Below are positions 48,401 through 62,636 of a stretch of 64,000 nt of DNA, piece by piece. Source of the DNA: Tubulanus polymorphus (lineage: Eukaryota > Animalia > Nemertea); NCBI RefSeq assembly GCF_964204645.1, contig NC_134033.1:9680655-9744654 (forward strand), in the 5' to 3' direction. How positions within the stretch are numbered: position 1 is the first letter of the stretch; each line of letters begins with the position of its first letter. Under the pieces are notes generated by a model. It did not search any database, was not told where the DNA came from, and saw only the letters and a list, made by a program, of their open reading frames with translations. Position numbers and translations under genes: made by a program.

Positions 48401-51400
48401 ATCTGCCCTTATTAATGAAAATATGGATAAATGTGTTAATTTGAATAACGGTTTCCTCCTCGCAATATTTTGATCTCTAAATTTCTCGCTTCACTTGTAC
48501 CCCCATTATTCTAATCCCGTTAGCTTGTTTTCCTCCGTTTGACACTTCCACTCACTCACTCCCTCACTCATTCCTTGATTATCCCTTTGATCTCGCTCCT
48601 CAAATACAATCATTCTGATAGAGAATTTTTCAATCTTGACTTTGTTATTGTGGGATTTCTCTCGTCATCATCATACACGGATATTGTGTATCTTCTCGTC
48701 TAAGCAATATGGATTGTAGATCATATTTGCTTATAAAATAGTACGTGAAATAATGCTGTAAATGATCTGAGAATACAGATTTTGTTACTCTATTTAATTT
48801 TCATATATGTTAAAAATCTTCCATATCCCGGGAAAAGCGGACAATGGAATTTGCAATCCGCAGTGATGGATTTTATTTCTACTTACTTTAATTTGTCATC
48901 CCATGGTTCCCCAGAATTTGCATAAACCAGCAGCTTCTTTTTCTTGTTGGCCTCTTGCAGTTCAAGCAGGCAATCAGTGACTGCATCCGGATGGGTACAG
49001 TTAACACCAACAGCCAAAATTTGATCAGAGCTTATTGCTGGATGAACAGCTTCAGATAATAATTCACCTCGACACGTAATACCCGAAGACTGTAACATAG
49101 AAGTTATATGTTGATTAAATGTAAAATTAAACCTACAAAGCAGTGATAATGGGCTTTCTGCATTCTCAAGCGATGTCAGAAATGCTGGTTGACGTATTCA
49201 TGTGAAATATTTATATCATATATGGCATAGTTTCAGACCTGACCTGGTCTCACAATGGGATGTTCCAATAAGTACGTACGCATGGTCAAGGAAGGATCTC
49301 ATTGTACAATGCGTACAAAATGCGTAACAAAGGTAGGGTCAATTTAGATTTAGTGTACATACATTATGGATAAAAGTCTAATTTAACACAGTGTCATGCC
49401 ATAACTCAGTAAGACTCTAACTTTCACTTGGTTTGTATTGATTAAGTAATCGGAAAACAGTGAAATAAATATAGCATTTATTTAAGCGTTCCATTGACTT
49501 CGTAATCTGGGTAACTTTGGTTTTACTCTATGCACGTGTGTTGTCTTGTGTTGTCTTGTGCGAAAGAAAATACCATGTCGGAATTTAAAAAGTGCAGTTA
49601 TAGAATACATGCAATTTGAGCTGTTTGCGCGAACGGTTACTCCTGCGAGCATTCTACTTATTCATCGCTTTGCCCGAGCTGTACATTCAGTGCGAGTGCG
49701 CGAGCTGTAGCGGATTTTGGGAAAAACCCACAATCACATATATTCATGATGAACTGTCATGCAGTAGGCCTATGGCATTACATGTAATAATGAGATCGCC
49801 GGCAGATTGTCATAAAAAACAAGTTTTATTTTGATACTAGTTAAATGAAAAAAACGGCCCTAGACGTCTGCAACTAAAGCGCGGTTTTCATCATTTTTAA
49901 CTTACACAGCTCCTTAATTGGAATCGTTTCTATGATAGCAAAAACAAACACAAGCTTATATGTTTTAATATCATGATGCAAATTGTCGTGAATGGACATA
50001 TATCAATTTGTCGGAATCAAGACTTCTTATTCATTCTTAAATGCGATTATTCAGCAAGTATCTTAGTTGTATAATCCTTGAAAGTAAACATCTTCGAATC
50101 ATATTCAGATTTTATGTAAGGATTGCTGCCTGCGCACGGTAATACACTCCTCTTCGCGCACCGCACTCGAGCTGTTTGAGTATACAGGTTCTGCGAGCGT
50201 TATGAGAGCAATTAATATTCATATTTTAAATTTTTGATGAATACAATAATTCTGCAAGTAGCGTAGTTGTTAAATCATTGAAAGTAAACATCTTCGAATG
50301 GTTTCAATTTTAGACTCTTTTTGTAACATTGCTGACTGCGCGATGCGCGTAGGCTTTCCACTTCACGCACTCGAGCTTCGAGAGAAGGTCATTGCGCTCG
50401 TGCTTGAGCGATTGAGGCTTTCACACTCGCAGTACCAGTTTGATCGCGCGAACCTGCGTCACGCAATCGAAAGACTTGCGCAAAACCGAATGCTCGCACG
50501 AATAACTCTTCGAGCAAAGCATCAAAACGATGACCATTTTATTGCTCAAAAGTGTGTATATATCCTACGGTACTTACATATAGGACCAGTTAAACAAATG
50601 CGTACGTCATGCATACGGAAGGTAGGACCTCATATTTTTAGCTATTTCCATGCGTACAAACTTTGTGGACCATCCCAAAAACAATTCCTCATTGGATTCT
50701 TAAGGTGTAACCTTCACTTCTGTCCACATAGCAGTAAAACTATGGCCTACTTATCCAGGTCTGAAATAAAGTGACTCTGTTTGGGGCCCCATTTGCACCA
50801 CGGACATCACCAAACTAGAGAGGGGTACAGAAGCACGCAGTATGATCAATAGCTTGTATCCATTCAAGCTGTACCCTAGTATGTGTGGACCAACTACTGT
50901 CTATGTAGTCCATACTATCTCTACAACCCCTTCAACGTGATATCCCGCTTTGCCAATTCTACAAAATTACCAACGATTTGACCATGTCCGTCAAGAAACC
51001 AGACTTTCTACCACTAATTCAAGACAGATCACGCATCAAAGCCAAAACTAACCCAGATTTTTATAAAGTTATAAAAATAATGTAATAATACAGCTAAAAA
51101 GCCTTTTATTTTGAAATAAGGAATATGACGAATGAGAGTATCAGAGCGCTTCACCAACAAGACTTTTTTTAGTACAATGACGTAATCACATTGCAACATA
51201 TAGCTTTGCGTATCACTTATCAAACACTATGACGTGATTTTTGGAACCTTCACATGAATTACTTATTAAGTGTTGTCGCATATTCATGTCGGGATGCGAT
51301 AACGGCGTCATTCTAAACTATGCCATTGAGAATTCCAATGTCAGTGCAGCACCCATAACTTTTTTTTTCAATTTTTTGCTTTACTTAGCATGAAGGCTCT

Positions 51401-54400
51401 ATTTATTACTTTTGAATTCTTATCGTACAAACCTTGGTAAGACTATCCCTGCTGCTGTCATCACTTTGATGTTTGCATGAAAGCCCTTTATCCTGAAAAA
51501 TTAGAACAATGCCGTGTACCTAGTAAGTAGAAAATTGTTGCAAACTATAAACAGCCAGGTTGTATTACCCTGCATGAAAAGGACAGCCAGGCTTTCATAG
51601 ATGGGAATTCTTTCAGAAGTTTAACCAACGCAGCAGCCTCATTTGCGCATGGTATTGTTTCCAGGGCTAGAACATCAACCCCTGATTCTACAAGTACTTT
51701 CATGCGAGGTCTGTGCCAATCCATCAATTCCTGTAGAAAGGTTTATGAAGTAAATATATGGATACAACATGAATCCGCACTGGGATACTGAGGGAAGCGA
51801 GGATTCAGCAATTATCAACAAGGATCTCCAGTGGCACTAGGTTACCACACTTCAATTTCTTCTACGTTTTAATTAAATTCGAGTCTACATTTCTGTTTGG
51901 TAAATCAATTTTCAAAATCTATACCTGATCTGAATGAGAACGGGAATCATATATCTATTTGATGACTTGTTTGATAAGTCCTGGATTTAACCCTTTCAAC
52001 ACCACATAGTGTCTCCACTGCTGTACCGGAGGGAATTTAGGGGTTTATAGGGGTATATTTGAAACTTCATAGAATAGTTACCAAGGTATCTGACACAGAA
52101 AATTTATATAGCATGTTGTTGATAACTTTTTGACCAACAATGTAGACATAAATAATTTGGATATAAGTGAACTTGAGGTCAAGGTCACATACTCCAAGAT
52201 GGCCGCCATGAAAAAAATTCATGAAAAAGTTTCAGATAAACTGCTCTGTCTCCCAGCAAAATGCACTGATCTATTCAATTCCACCTGAAATTGTATGCCA
52301 TATTTCCTTACTTTATGTAGTAAAAATTTCAAAGCAATAGAACTAAAAAATGTATTTTTTCCACTCATTTACCAACTTCTCCACCGATATGTCGGAAGGC
52401 CGGATGTAAGGGGTTTCATTGGGGTATAATTTCAGGCCTCAGAAAACTGTTACCTATGTATTTGACACTGATACATTGTACACCATGGAGTTGATAACCA
52501 TTGGGCTTACATATAAGACAAATTATTTGGATATATGTGACCTTGAGGATGGACAAATTCTGGTTCTTCATTATTGTAATTGGTGTCCATTGCCATGACA
52601 ACCGTATCAACAGGGTCTAAAAAAATGTCACTGATTTCATTTTCATCATCAAAATCATAGCCGGCACTATAAACCTATTTTCTGACTAAGTCTCACCATC
52701 TGAACTGCTGCTGTCATATTCCTAGTCACTCTCAATTTGTTCACTACCAAATTCCAAGTCACCAGCATCACTGTCAAATACGAGCTGCTGAACCGTTTCA
52801 TCCAGCCAAATTGTTTTTTCCTGGCTGTTGCCATCTTGGATTTTATGCAGATGGCAGCACCAGCTGATACTGATAGTTATGCCCTTCTAGAAGAAGGGTT
52901 AAGTGATACCGTTTCACATACGGTACGGGTATGCTAGCTTGCCAATTTGTACCGTATGCCATACGGTAGTGGTATTGCAAGGGTTAAAGGCCTTAAAGGC
53001 ATAAGGTGTTGCCAATACCCCATTGTGTCAATCATCATCTGTTTCTATCATCATCTGTTTCTAACTAGCCTATTGCTTGGATGTCCAAAGAGAATCTTCA
53101 TCTAAAATGTTCGACTTGTTGACCAATTGAAATGTGTGAGCGAATAGCATTTCACTTGAGGTCCATGGAACTTTATAACCTTTGTGTGTTGTAATATCCA
53201 ACTAGTGCTAATGATGGAATCCATCATCGACTGATGTTAACAAGCCCGAGATGAAGGAACTATGACAACTATGAAGGAACAGAATATATAAATGATCTTC
53301 GGCTGCAGTGTTAGTGGTAAGGCAAAACAACAGCATTGTTAAAGAATTAACCCTACCGATTGAACTTATAGTGTACTGGACCCATAAACAGTGTGTCCTT
53401 CAGTATATCACCTACTGCCATGAATCCTGGTGATGACGCATCTTGAGGTATATCTACATTCATACATGTTGACATTCTGAAAGCTAGGTTTTCCGGTCTG
53501 GACCTTCTGTATTCTTAAGAGGTTTATTGGCACGAAGTTTTCACTCAAAAAGAATTATTTGTAGATGACCACAAAATGAAATCAACTAGGGGCGGATCCA
53601 GACCGTATTAGCCGTATTGCCCAATACGGTCTAGAATTGTTAAGTGCCCTTCGAAATTTCACCGGCAATATTTTTGACGGCATTATTTCAGCAACCGCTA
53701 ATTCCGTGTCCGTAATCCGGGCATAATTATAAAATTAATCGGTAAATACTGCTGCCAAGAAAGTGAGGAGAGATAATCATATTTGTAAAGCCTTTAATCA
53801 TGATAAATTAAATAGGGCACTTTCCTTTTGCAAGGGGCACTCATGCTTTAGATGAGGGCACCTTGTCCTTGCCTTTTCAGGGAGGGCTAAAGGGGCACTC
53901 GTACTTTAGAAGAGGGCACTATACGCGGAAAATGTTTGAAGAAAAGGGCACTTTTTTGCCTAATTTTTAAAATTTTAGGGGCACTTTTGGTTTGGAAGAT
54001 GGCACACGACATGAGGATAAATGTGAAGACGAGGCAATTTTTGCCGATTGTTAACAATGAAGGGGCACTTAGCCGTATTCTGTATAATTGTTAAGGGGCA
54101 CTTTTAAAGATTATAGGGGCACTAGGCGAAGTTGGCGACAACCATTCTTTCATGGGTTCGCCAGCTTCATTTTTCATCCGCATCTGTTGAAATCTTGTCT
54201 CGAATTCGTTTATTCTGGATTGCTCTGCTAGCCTCTAGAAGCCCTCCAAAAGCCTTTAAATGGTACCATATTTTCAAAATTTTCTGGGGGTGGGCCCCCG
54301 GACCCCCCTTTAAGGACTTCGCGCCTTCGACGCTCGCATTGACCTAGATACTGTGTGTGCCCTAAGATCAGAAAGGTGCCCTTCAATTTCCTTCCAATAC

Positions 54401-57400
54401 TGTCTACCCATCCCCCTGGATCCGCCCCTGTCTACAGTCATGGCTGTTGTGGACAGTGAAAGCAACATCTCTGATCCGATTGTAAGGTTCAGCATTACAG
54501 GTCATGGTCAACTAAGTTGAAACATGCAATGGCTCTCATCCGCATTGGTTTGGAGAATTTCAAATCTCCAGTCTAGGGCTTGTTAACATCAGTCGATGAT
54601 GGACTCCATCTGTCTTGCCAGAGTACTAACAACACTCAATGCTCTTTGCACAAACGTATCTGGCAAAAAAATTTGCATGAACTATCCAAAACCTTTTTCG
54701 CAGTTCGGATATCATGGTCTTGTGACTAACGACAATATGCATGTGTCTAGGGAGTAGATTACAGCTTAGGATTTTTGGCACAATTACTTGATGTCTTACC
54801 GTGTCCTGTAAGCATGCTTACCGGACAATCAAGCCGTCCACCAACTCTCAGTACATGATAGGGTCCAATCGATACAACATACTGGATTCCTCAAGACGCT
54901 TTCCTCATTTTTAACACCGTAACCTCATCTTTGAAACATTGCCTCTGTTGACACACTATGAGTACGAGCTTTTTCATTCCAGTGATTGAATTCTTACTGG
55001 CGAGACAGAAACACTGAAGATGGCTAGCGTACCAGCGGAATGCTGGAAGTGCTGGATACTAAAACCAGAAAGAAACTTTCCATGATGGGTTTCAGTATTG
55101 ACTTTATAACTTGAAAAGTAAATGAAAGTAACTGTGTTGATGCGATGCATGTTTTAATAATTGATATCCATACTATCAAGGCCACTGGATACAGTCTGCT
55201 CTCGGCACAATCACCAATAACCCATGACATGCAGTGCATGGGGTACAAGCTTCATATCCATGACTCAACATGAGTGTTTTGAAGCTGTTCACGAACTGAA
55301 CCTTAAGGCCTACTGCTAGCTGTACACTGAGGGCCTATGGCTAGTCTAACGATTGACCAAGTGGAACAGGGAAACAATATTCACCAGTGGAAGATCGACA
55401 GTTACGCAAGATTAATTATGGGCATTTTGGATTTGAAAAATTTTGATCCTGTGAGACAATGACATTAAACAACTGAAACTTTAGTAAAAACTAGCTAAGA
55501 TTAGGGGCAGTAACAAAATCAGAAGCTGAGGGAGTTTATCAAATTTCAGGGCAGTACATAATAATCCTGAACTCTGTTTATTGGGTCTGCGGTAAAATGC
55601 TCTTGTTCATATTCTTTTGTAATTAAGTATTAATGAACTTTTAAATCGTAGTATTTCCTAGTAAAGGATTTTCCAGGTTCTAGGTGCCATTTTCTGACGG
55701 TCCCTAGAAAATAGCTTGACCCGCAAAAATAGAATTTGTCACCTTTTTAATGATATAAAATCTAATATAAAATTAATTTAATTTTTGTCGCAAAAGAGGG
55801 ATAGACGACAATAAATTGCGCTATAAATATGAATAAATTTACCTTAAGATTGTATCTACATACACACCAAGTAAAAAAGTGCGGGATTTTTTACCCAACT
55901 TTATAAAAGGAATTTTTTTTTCTTGGGCCTTTTGTAACCTACTTTTATCTCTATGCCACTGTGAACCTATGTTCATTGTTGTCCAGCCTCAGACGGACCC
56001 AAATTAAAGGTTCTAGATTGAATGTGCTTATGCAATTTAAGATTTAGCTTGACATTCCTCTTTTATTTTTCAGCGAAAAACACTGAGCATTCATCTGCCA
56101 ATTTGATGAAGGAGATTGAACTGAATAAACAGTGTTGCAAAAGAGCCGCCGATGAGCAAATACCACTCCATCAAATATTTGACGAGGAAGCCAGGCGATC
56201 AGAAGTTGGGGCAAATGTTAGTTTCGTCGCTATCGAAAGCTCTATGTACAAGCGTAGACGGATGAACAGTATCCGGGAGCAATAGAAGCCAGTGGATACA
56301 GCGCAGCCGCTGATGGTTCTCCATTTTATTGTGGAGTTGTCAGAACCCCAGATGGAATGGAAATTGTTTTTGCAACTGATACGCAAATTCAATTACTAGT
56401 GGGGCGAGAAACAGCGCACATGGACGCGACGTTAAACACAATACCGGCACAGTTTTACCAGTTATTCACCGTCTTCGTGACAATTTCCGGCTATGTTTTT
56501 CCTGCAGTCTGCTACATTCAACCCATTGTGCGTGATGGCTGATTTCGAAGAGGCACCAGCAACAGCCATTCGTATTGTTTATCCAGACGTAAATGTATCT
56601 GGATGCTGGTTTCATTTTGCACAAGCAATATTCCACCGTGTACAGAAACTGGGACTGCAGGACTTATACCGTGATATAAACAGTCCAGTACGTGTTCTCG
56701 TGATGAAGACCACTACTTCCAGCTGAGAATATTGAGGAGGGACATAGTCTAATACGCGCCGAAAATACAGTTAGACGATTAAGATCATTCTTTCGCTATG
56801 TGGCCCAATTTTGGATGGTGAGAATTGGGCCAGAAGGAATATCTGTGCATGGTTATCCGGACAGAACCAATAATGGTGTTGAAAGTTTTCACGCACAACT
56901 GAAGTCCCGCTTTGGGGTTCATCCAAATATTTGGATGTTTCTCAAACATCTCGGAAAACTAGCTGAAGATGTTATCAACGAAACAAACCGACTTCAACGT
57001 GGGCTCGAAATACGGCGAAGAAAAAAAGTAGTTGCTAACGACACTGCGTTGAAATCATGTACCAGGCGACTACGAGAAAATAACTATAGCGTTGCAGAAT
57101 TTCTGAATGCAGCACGCCATCATATCGGGAAATATGCGAATGAAAAATTGCGAAACTACGACGATGATGATGACGATGATGTTGATGATGACATTGATGC
57201 AGATGATGAAGATGAGCAACTAGTTCACGATGAAAATGATGAGCTGCCCGATTTGCCGGGACAGCAACCAGACGTAGAAGTCGCTGGTGTATTACCCCGT
57301 GCCAATGAAGCTGCTGCTAACAACTGCATAATTTGTCTGGAAGGGGCTGGAGCACAGATTGCATTGGTAACATGCGGGCACACCGCATTTTGTCGAGAAT

Positions 57401-58993
57401 GTGCTGATGAACTGGTACGCAGTCGGGAGCGATGTTCTGTTTGCCGAGCTGATATCATGGTGGTCATTCAACTGTACTGATTTTTGGAAAAAAAACTAAG
57501 TGTAATGTCACTTGTTAGATCTTGTCTAATCTGTATATATCTTATTTTTTACGTTGTTCAAATCGTATTTTAAAACTTTCAACTAGTGCTGCGTTTGACA
57601 TTGTAAAATAAAATTAAAATATGATTATTGGAAATGAATTGCATGAACTACATAAATTAGGTCCAAAACAGGGCAAATTTCATGGGAAAATAGCACAGTT
57701 ACAATTATAGTACTGTCGACACAGAGCTATAGGATATAATTCAGTTATTTCTTTGTTCTGTTTGAATATTGTCAAATTTCAATATGATATTAAACCAAAA
57801 AACCTTTGAAAATGATTGTGATAAAAACACGACAGAGGACTAAATAACTCTTAAGTTGCCAAAAAAAACAAGAAATTGATTTTCACATAAGAAGAATCAT
57901 TGTCAAATAGGTCACAGTGAATAAAGATTCTATTATTTTCCTGTTGTGCTATTTCCACATTCCAGGAAGTGATGCTGAAACCGTACAACATGAAACAGCA
58001 CATCATAGAAAATAACCAACATGAATTTGATAGAATAATCACATTTGGAAATAGACAAACATGGAAATTGACCAACATGGAAAATAATAGATTACTATCA
58101 ATTTCCATGATGGTCAATTTCTGAATGTGACTATTCTAACAAATTCCAGTACTGGATTTTTCTATCTTATTCCAAGGTTTTCATTGATGCTAATTTCCAT
58201 GTTGTACATTTTCCAGACGTGAAAATTCTATTTAAGTCCAACACTGGATTTTTAGGACAATTTCATGTCGGACAATTTCCGTGTTGTGTATTTTCATGTT
58301 GTACTTTGTCTACGATTGGTTTCTTCCATGTTGTACTAATTCCAGCTGATGGATATAGCTTCTCACAAAATTTGAAAGCAAGTGGTCATGAGACACCTCA
58401 TAACGCAGAAAAACTTAAAATTTACAGTCTTACTTAACTTCACACTACCTTTTCTGTCATATTATCGGCGAAAGTACCAGTATATTCTGAGCCATCTAAA
58501 AGCATAGCACCAAACGATCCAACAGACCCAGCTACCAGTGGTTTCATTCCTATAACAAAGACAATTCTTTACTAAATTCAACAGCATTTTCAAATAATTT
58601 GCCTGATTTTCCTTCAGCTGTCCAGTTCACATCTAACCCAGATATGATTTCGTTCAGCAACTTACTGTCAGCAGAATGGTCTAAACTTTTCCAATATTCT
58701 TCAACGGCATCTCGAGCGATTGACACACCAGTTTGTATCACACGTATTGCCTCCAATTCAGTCACACCCATAACCTTCTTTAAAAATTCAACGTTTATCT
58801 GGTATGTATTTGTTTCTATAATGTCTGCACCAGCATGTAAAAAGCTATAAAAAAGCAAACCTCATTAGCGAACTATATTTGATAAATTTCGATTACCCTA
58901 ATGCTGCAAAATCAGAACTGTGTACTTAATATGAGCTTGTTTCACAATATCTGGTTTGGAAATCAACAAACGTGCACCCCACAATTCATCATC
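45500..58993 (-). CDS. Host homocysteine S-methyltransferase (HMT/mmuM-like, BHMT family). Exons 58993-58926, 58844-58666, 58549-58449, 51730-51569, 49089-48887, 45650-45500; first coding exon not found in the window
   Basis: All introns are GT-AG with matching phases. LWGARLL...P..VKQAH, AGADIIETNTYQ, VAGSVGSFGA.L.DGSEYTG, GVDVLALETIP, Zn ligands GVNC and GGCC; no stops. Confidence 0.93.
46700..48750 (+). mobile_element. Penelope-like retroelement (RT + GIY-YIG endonuclease), degenerate, in an HMT intron
   Basis: KADKGG.IV, YGLP.IHK..VPLRPIVS, SFDASSLFTNVP, MGNPLSP.LANLF, RYDDD, VYRKPTHS, GVY..PC..C..IYIGETGR....LREH; 67-bp tandem duplication at 48068-48201. Confidence 0.9.
49257..50676. 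mobile_element. Possible PIF/Harbinger-type MITE
   Basis: Imperfect TIRs GGGATGTTCCAATAAGTACGTACGCA / TGCGTACAAACTTTGTGGACCATCCC; TSD unclear. Confidence 0.45.
51991..52983. mobile_element. piggyBac-type non-autonomous element
   Basis: TTAA|CCCTTTCAACACCAC ... GTGGTATTGCAAGGG|TTAA: TTAA TSD and CCC/GGG termini. Confidence 0.8.
53588..54429. mobile_element. MITE with AGGGGCGGATCCAG TIRs and many GGGCAC sub-repeats
   Basis: Perfect 14-bp TIRs; about ten GGGCAC(T) motifs in 53810-54125; TSD not resolved. Confidence 0.75.
56073..57480 (+). pseudogene. MULE transposase remnant with acidic linker and C-terminal RING finger
   Basis: HMDAT...P.QFYQLFTV, MADFE.A, GCWFHFAQAI, RTNNGVESFH, HPNIW.FL; then CIIC...CGH..FC..C.....CSVCR. 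Frameshifted; TTCCATG/CATGGAA sub-repeats at 57950-58340. Confidence 0.85.
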
Positions 58994-59964
58994 CTAAAGG
59001 TAGAAATAAATTGAATATTTTGAATTCATTGCCACTAGAAAAAAGTAATGTTGTAGGACATAGTTGAACAAGAGGCCCATGGGCTTTGAATCATTGGTAG
59101 ATTACACTGTGGTAAGGTAATAAGTGGTAAATGTTTTACATCTGTCGGCAAATGTTCTACGACAATGTTGATTCGGAGTACCACAGACTTAAGGTCTTAA
59201 TGTACGATTTTCATCTATGCTGAATATGAATTTCATTTTTCAGCCAAACAATTTAGCCACGTTATTTCTATTGTAAAATCAATTCGATTCTGTTAAAGAT
59301 GAAACTAGTTTATTCTGATGTTTTCCATCATGTCCCAGCCAAGATATTTATATCAATCAAGATTTGGATACAAAAACCATTTTAACAGAACATTTTCGGC
59401 ACCTTCGCCTACAAGATTCGTATCAACGACGTAGGCCTACAACTGCAAGGGCAATCTCTACTGACTGCAGCTTTTCTTGCATCAAGTGTTAGGCCCTATC
59501 CCTGAATAATGAAAACAAAAACATAACAATTTTTCTGAATGCAAAATCGGCCTCATGCATAATAGGTAGAACAACCGGACAAACGTACGCATCAAAATGT
59601 TGCACAGAGAGCTGGTGTCACTGAGGCTGGCTGATTGTTTGTCTTTTTGTTTGGCTTTATGTTGTTTGAATCTTGGTTTCCCTATTGGATTGTTCATTTT
59701 ACCTCACGATGGGTGTCGCGAGTGAGAGTGACTTGATGGTGCTGCCATCTGTTATAATTCTAACTCAATCTATGGGAAGTAACTAGATGGTGCTGCCATC
59801 TGGTGTTATTCTAAAAATGTATTGAAATTCTAAAATCTTATATCTTAGGTTGCTGAATAAAAACATTGTGATTGACATCAACAATTTAGTTATGTCTTTT
59901 TGGTATGAAATCTAGACAACAGGACGGCCTTTGAAATGTTGCTTGCACTCTCTGTAAGCAGCCA

Positions 59965-60050
59965 GTGCCAGTAGGACTCGAACCCACTTGGACTTTTTTT
60001 GCACGGATACTGCAACTGCATCATGCCTTATCTCACTGAGCTATCGAGGC
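59965..60050 (-). other. tRNA-like (SINE head or pseudo-tRNA) sequence
   Basis: Minus strand GCCTCGATAGCTCAGTG...GTGGGTTCGAGTCCTAC; acceptor stem does not pair. Confidence 0.4.
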
Positions 60051-60248
60051 CGCTCGATTCAAATCCAAAAAGCTACAGCGGCTGAAAATAACCATAGCCA
60101 TATTGAAATTTACAACAAACAACAGTAATTTTAATCACTGTTGAAGTTAGCGTTCAATGCATGGAAAAGATAAAAGATAATAAAAGTTATTTTTCCCAGC
60201 GTGCATTACAAAGTGAATCTATCTGTAGAGTGCGTAAGGGGCTGCTAC

Positions 60249-61420
60249 CGCGTCATCTTTCTACCCTCCTTACGCATCATCTTTCTACCCTCCTTACCCA
60301 TCATCTCTCTACCCTCCTCACGCATGACCTCTCTACCCTCCTTACGCATCATCTCTACCCTCCTTATGCATGACCTCTCTACCCTCCTTATGCATGACCT
60401 CTCCACCCTCCTAACGCATCATCTCTTTACCCTCCTTACGCATGACCTCTCTACCCTCCTTACGCATGACCTCTCTACCCTCCTTACGCATCATCTCTCT
60501 ACCCTCCTTACGCATGACCTCTCTACCCTCCTTACGCATCATCTCTCTACCCTCCTCACCCATGACCTCTCTAACCTCCTTATGCATGACCTCTCTACCC
60601 TCCTAACGCATCACTCTCTACCCTCCTAACGCATGACCTCTCTACCCTCCTTACGCATGACCTCTCTATCCTCCTTATGCATCATCTCTCTACCCTCCTT
60701 ACGCATCACCTCTCTATCCTCCTAACGCATCACTCTCTACCCTCCTTACGCATGACCTCTCTACCCTCCTTACGCATGACCTCTCTATCCTCCTAACGCA
60801 TCACTCTCTACCCTCCTTAACGCATGACCTCTCTACCCTCCTTACGCATGACCTCTCTATCCTCCTTACCCATCATCTCTCTACCCTCCATACGCATCAT
60901 CTCTCTACCCTCTTAACGCATCACTCTCTACCCTCCTAACGCATGACCTCTCTACCCTCCTTACGCATGACCTCTCTATCCTCCTTACGCATCATCTCTC
61001 TACCCTCCTAACGCATCACTCTCTACCCTACAAACGCATGACCTCTCTACCCTCCTTACGCATGACCTCTCTATCCTCCTTACGCATCATCTCTCTACCC
61101 TCCTTATGCATCATCTCTCTACCCTCCTTACCCATCATCTCTCTACCCTCCTTACGCATCACCTTTCTACCCTCCTTACGCATGACCTCTCTACCGTCCT
61201 TAAGCATGACCTCTCTACCCTCCTTACGCATCATCTCTCTACCCTCGTTACGCATGACCTCTCTATCCTCCCTACGCATGACCTCTCTACCCTCCATATG
61301 CATCATCTCTAATCCGCCCCGCATGATCTCTGCCCCTCTTATGCATGAATGATCTCTACCCCCTTAAGCATGATATCTCTACCCCTCTTACACATCGTCT
61401 CTACCGGCTTACACATGGCC
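60249..61420. repeat. 24-bp pyrimidine-rich minisatellite, roughly 45 copies
   Basis: CTCTCTACCCTCCTTACGCAT(GAC/CAT) with 22-23-bp variants; accounts for the repetitive ORFs on both strands. Confidence 0.97.
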
Positions 61421-61478
61421 TCTTCACCCCCTTGCACATTGAAATTGGAGTACATTTGAAGTTTCATTGATTTTCAGG

Positions 61479-62636
61479 GCGTTTTACCCGCACAAAATGT
61501 CGTTGAAGCCAGGCCAGATATCGAAGAACCTGCTCTTATCAACCAGGTGGAGCCTGCAGCAGAATTACAGCCCGCTATGGCAATGGAGCCTGCTCGTGTG
61601 TTTGCGCCTGCCCAGAAATTTCCTGCTCATAATTTACCAGTAACCATTTTTAGCTTAATTCAGCTTGATAATTAAAAAACTTGTTTAGGGTATTTTTTAA
61701 TTTTTGTCTCTATTACGGTACACATTTTCTTTTAGGATGCTAACAGATTGCTGAACGCCACTACCGCAAGCACCGTTCGTCGGCTTGCTGGAAAGGTCAA
61801 ATCAGCTGGCTGTATGGCGTGCCAGCTGATGGATGCCCTCTTCCAGCAAGAAGAAATGCAAGGCAAGACTTTAACAGGGAGCAGAGTTGCCACTTATGTG
61901 AAGCTAAAAATCCGGAAAATAAGTCGGGGTCTGAGGGCCCTCCCCCAAAAAAATTTTTGAAATTAGAACGCCAGGAGATGCGTTCTGGCGCAATACGCGT
62001 TATAGGCCTCACTTTCATTACCGCCTATAGATCTTTTTTTCAAATAGCGATTGGTTCCGTCAAATACACCGCATATATAAACCAGAGAGCCAAAAAACAA
62101 ACGAAGCGTCAGTCAATTTCGATCGTCGCGTCATCTTGGTTTAATCATAGAACTATGTTCTATGGTTTAATCGTGTACTGCAGGGTTGTTGCCACTACGT
62201 GGCAGCACAATACGGCTTTTTCGAACCCACTACGGAGCCGTCACGTTTTGATGTTTAGGGTCGAATCCCGAATTGATTTTATTTTTTTCGCGAAGTTTTC
62301 TTTTGTGGTTATATGACTTCTCCCGAAAATCCGGAAATGAAATTGGATTTTTTTAAAATCCGGAATTCCGGAGAAATCCGGAGAAGTGGCAACACTGAGG
62401 GAGGGATGGTATTACAATGGAGGTCGACCCAGCGAGACAGATAGATTTCAAGCGAATCAATCTTATGATGAGTAAGTAATTCCTGGATGTTTTTAAACAG
62501 TAATTGTGCCTGGAAAGTGATGCTAAAATCTAGTTTTATCTCTTTTTAGGGTACGTTAAAAAAGAGATTCCGGAAGCTAGTATTTCCGACATAAAAGTTG
62601 CAATGCGTCAGAAATTGAAGAAGCTTCGGGCTTGAG
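61479..62636 (+). pseudogene. Spliced BEN-domain gene (3' exons), disrupted by a MITE; probably cargo of a CMC/EnSpm-like transposon ending at 63095
   Basis: Removing 61882-62397 and one TSD gives MACQLMDALFQQEEMQGKTLTGRDG...IDFKRINLMM.YVKKEIPEASISDIKVAMRQKL, with GT-AG introns. ACACGTGTA sub-repeats at 62850-63080 and terminal TTTTTGCTAGGG. Confidence 0.65.
61882..62397. mobile_element. hAT-like MITE with 6-bp TSD
   Basis: TIRs CAGAGTTGCCACTT / AAGTGGCAACACTG; TSD AGGGAG on both sides; TCCGGA sub-repeats. Confidence 0.85.

Noticed and set aside
48680-48755. Penelope pLTR hammerhead ribozyme
   Set aside because: A hairpin (TAAGCAATATG...CATATTTGCTTA) is present, but the CTGANGA and GAAA core could not be identified.
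59700-59760. First coding exon of the HMT gene
   Set aside because: A donor-like site exists, but no frame gives the expected LDGG..TEL motif; GATGGCAGCAC here is a repeat motif.
60161-61352. Repetitive proteins (HHLSTLLT / MRKEGREV repeats)
   Set aside because: Artefacts of a 24-bp minisatellite; frames are broken by 22-23-bp units.
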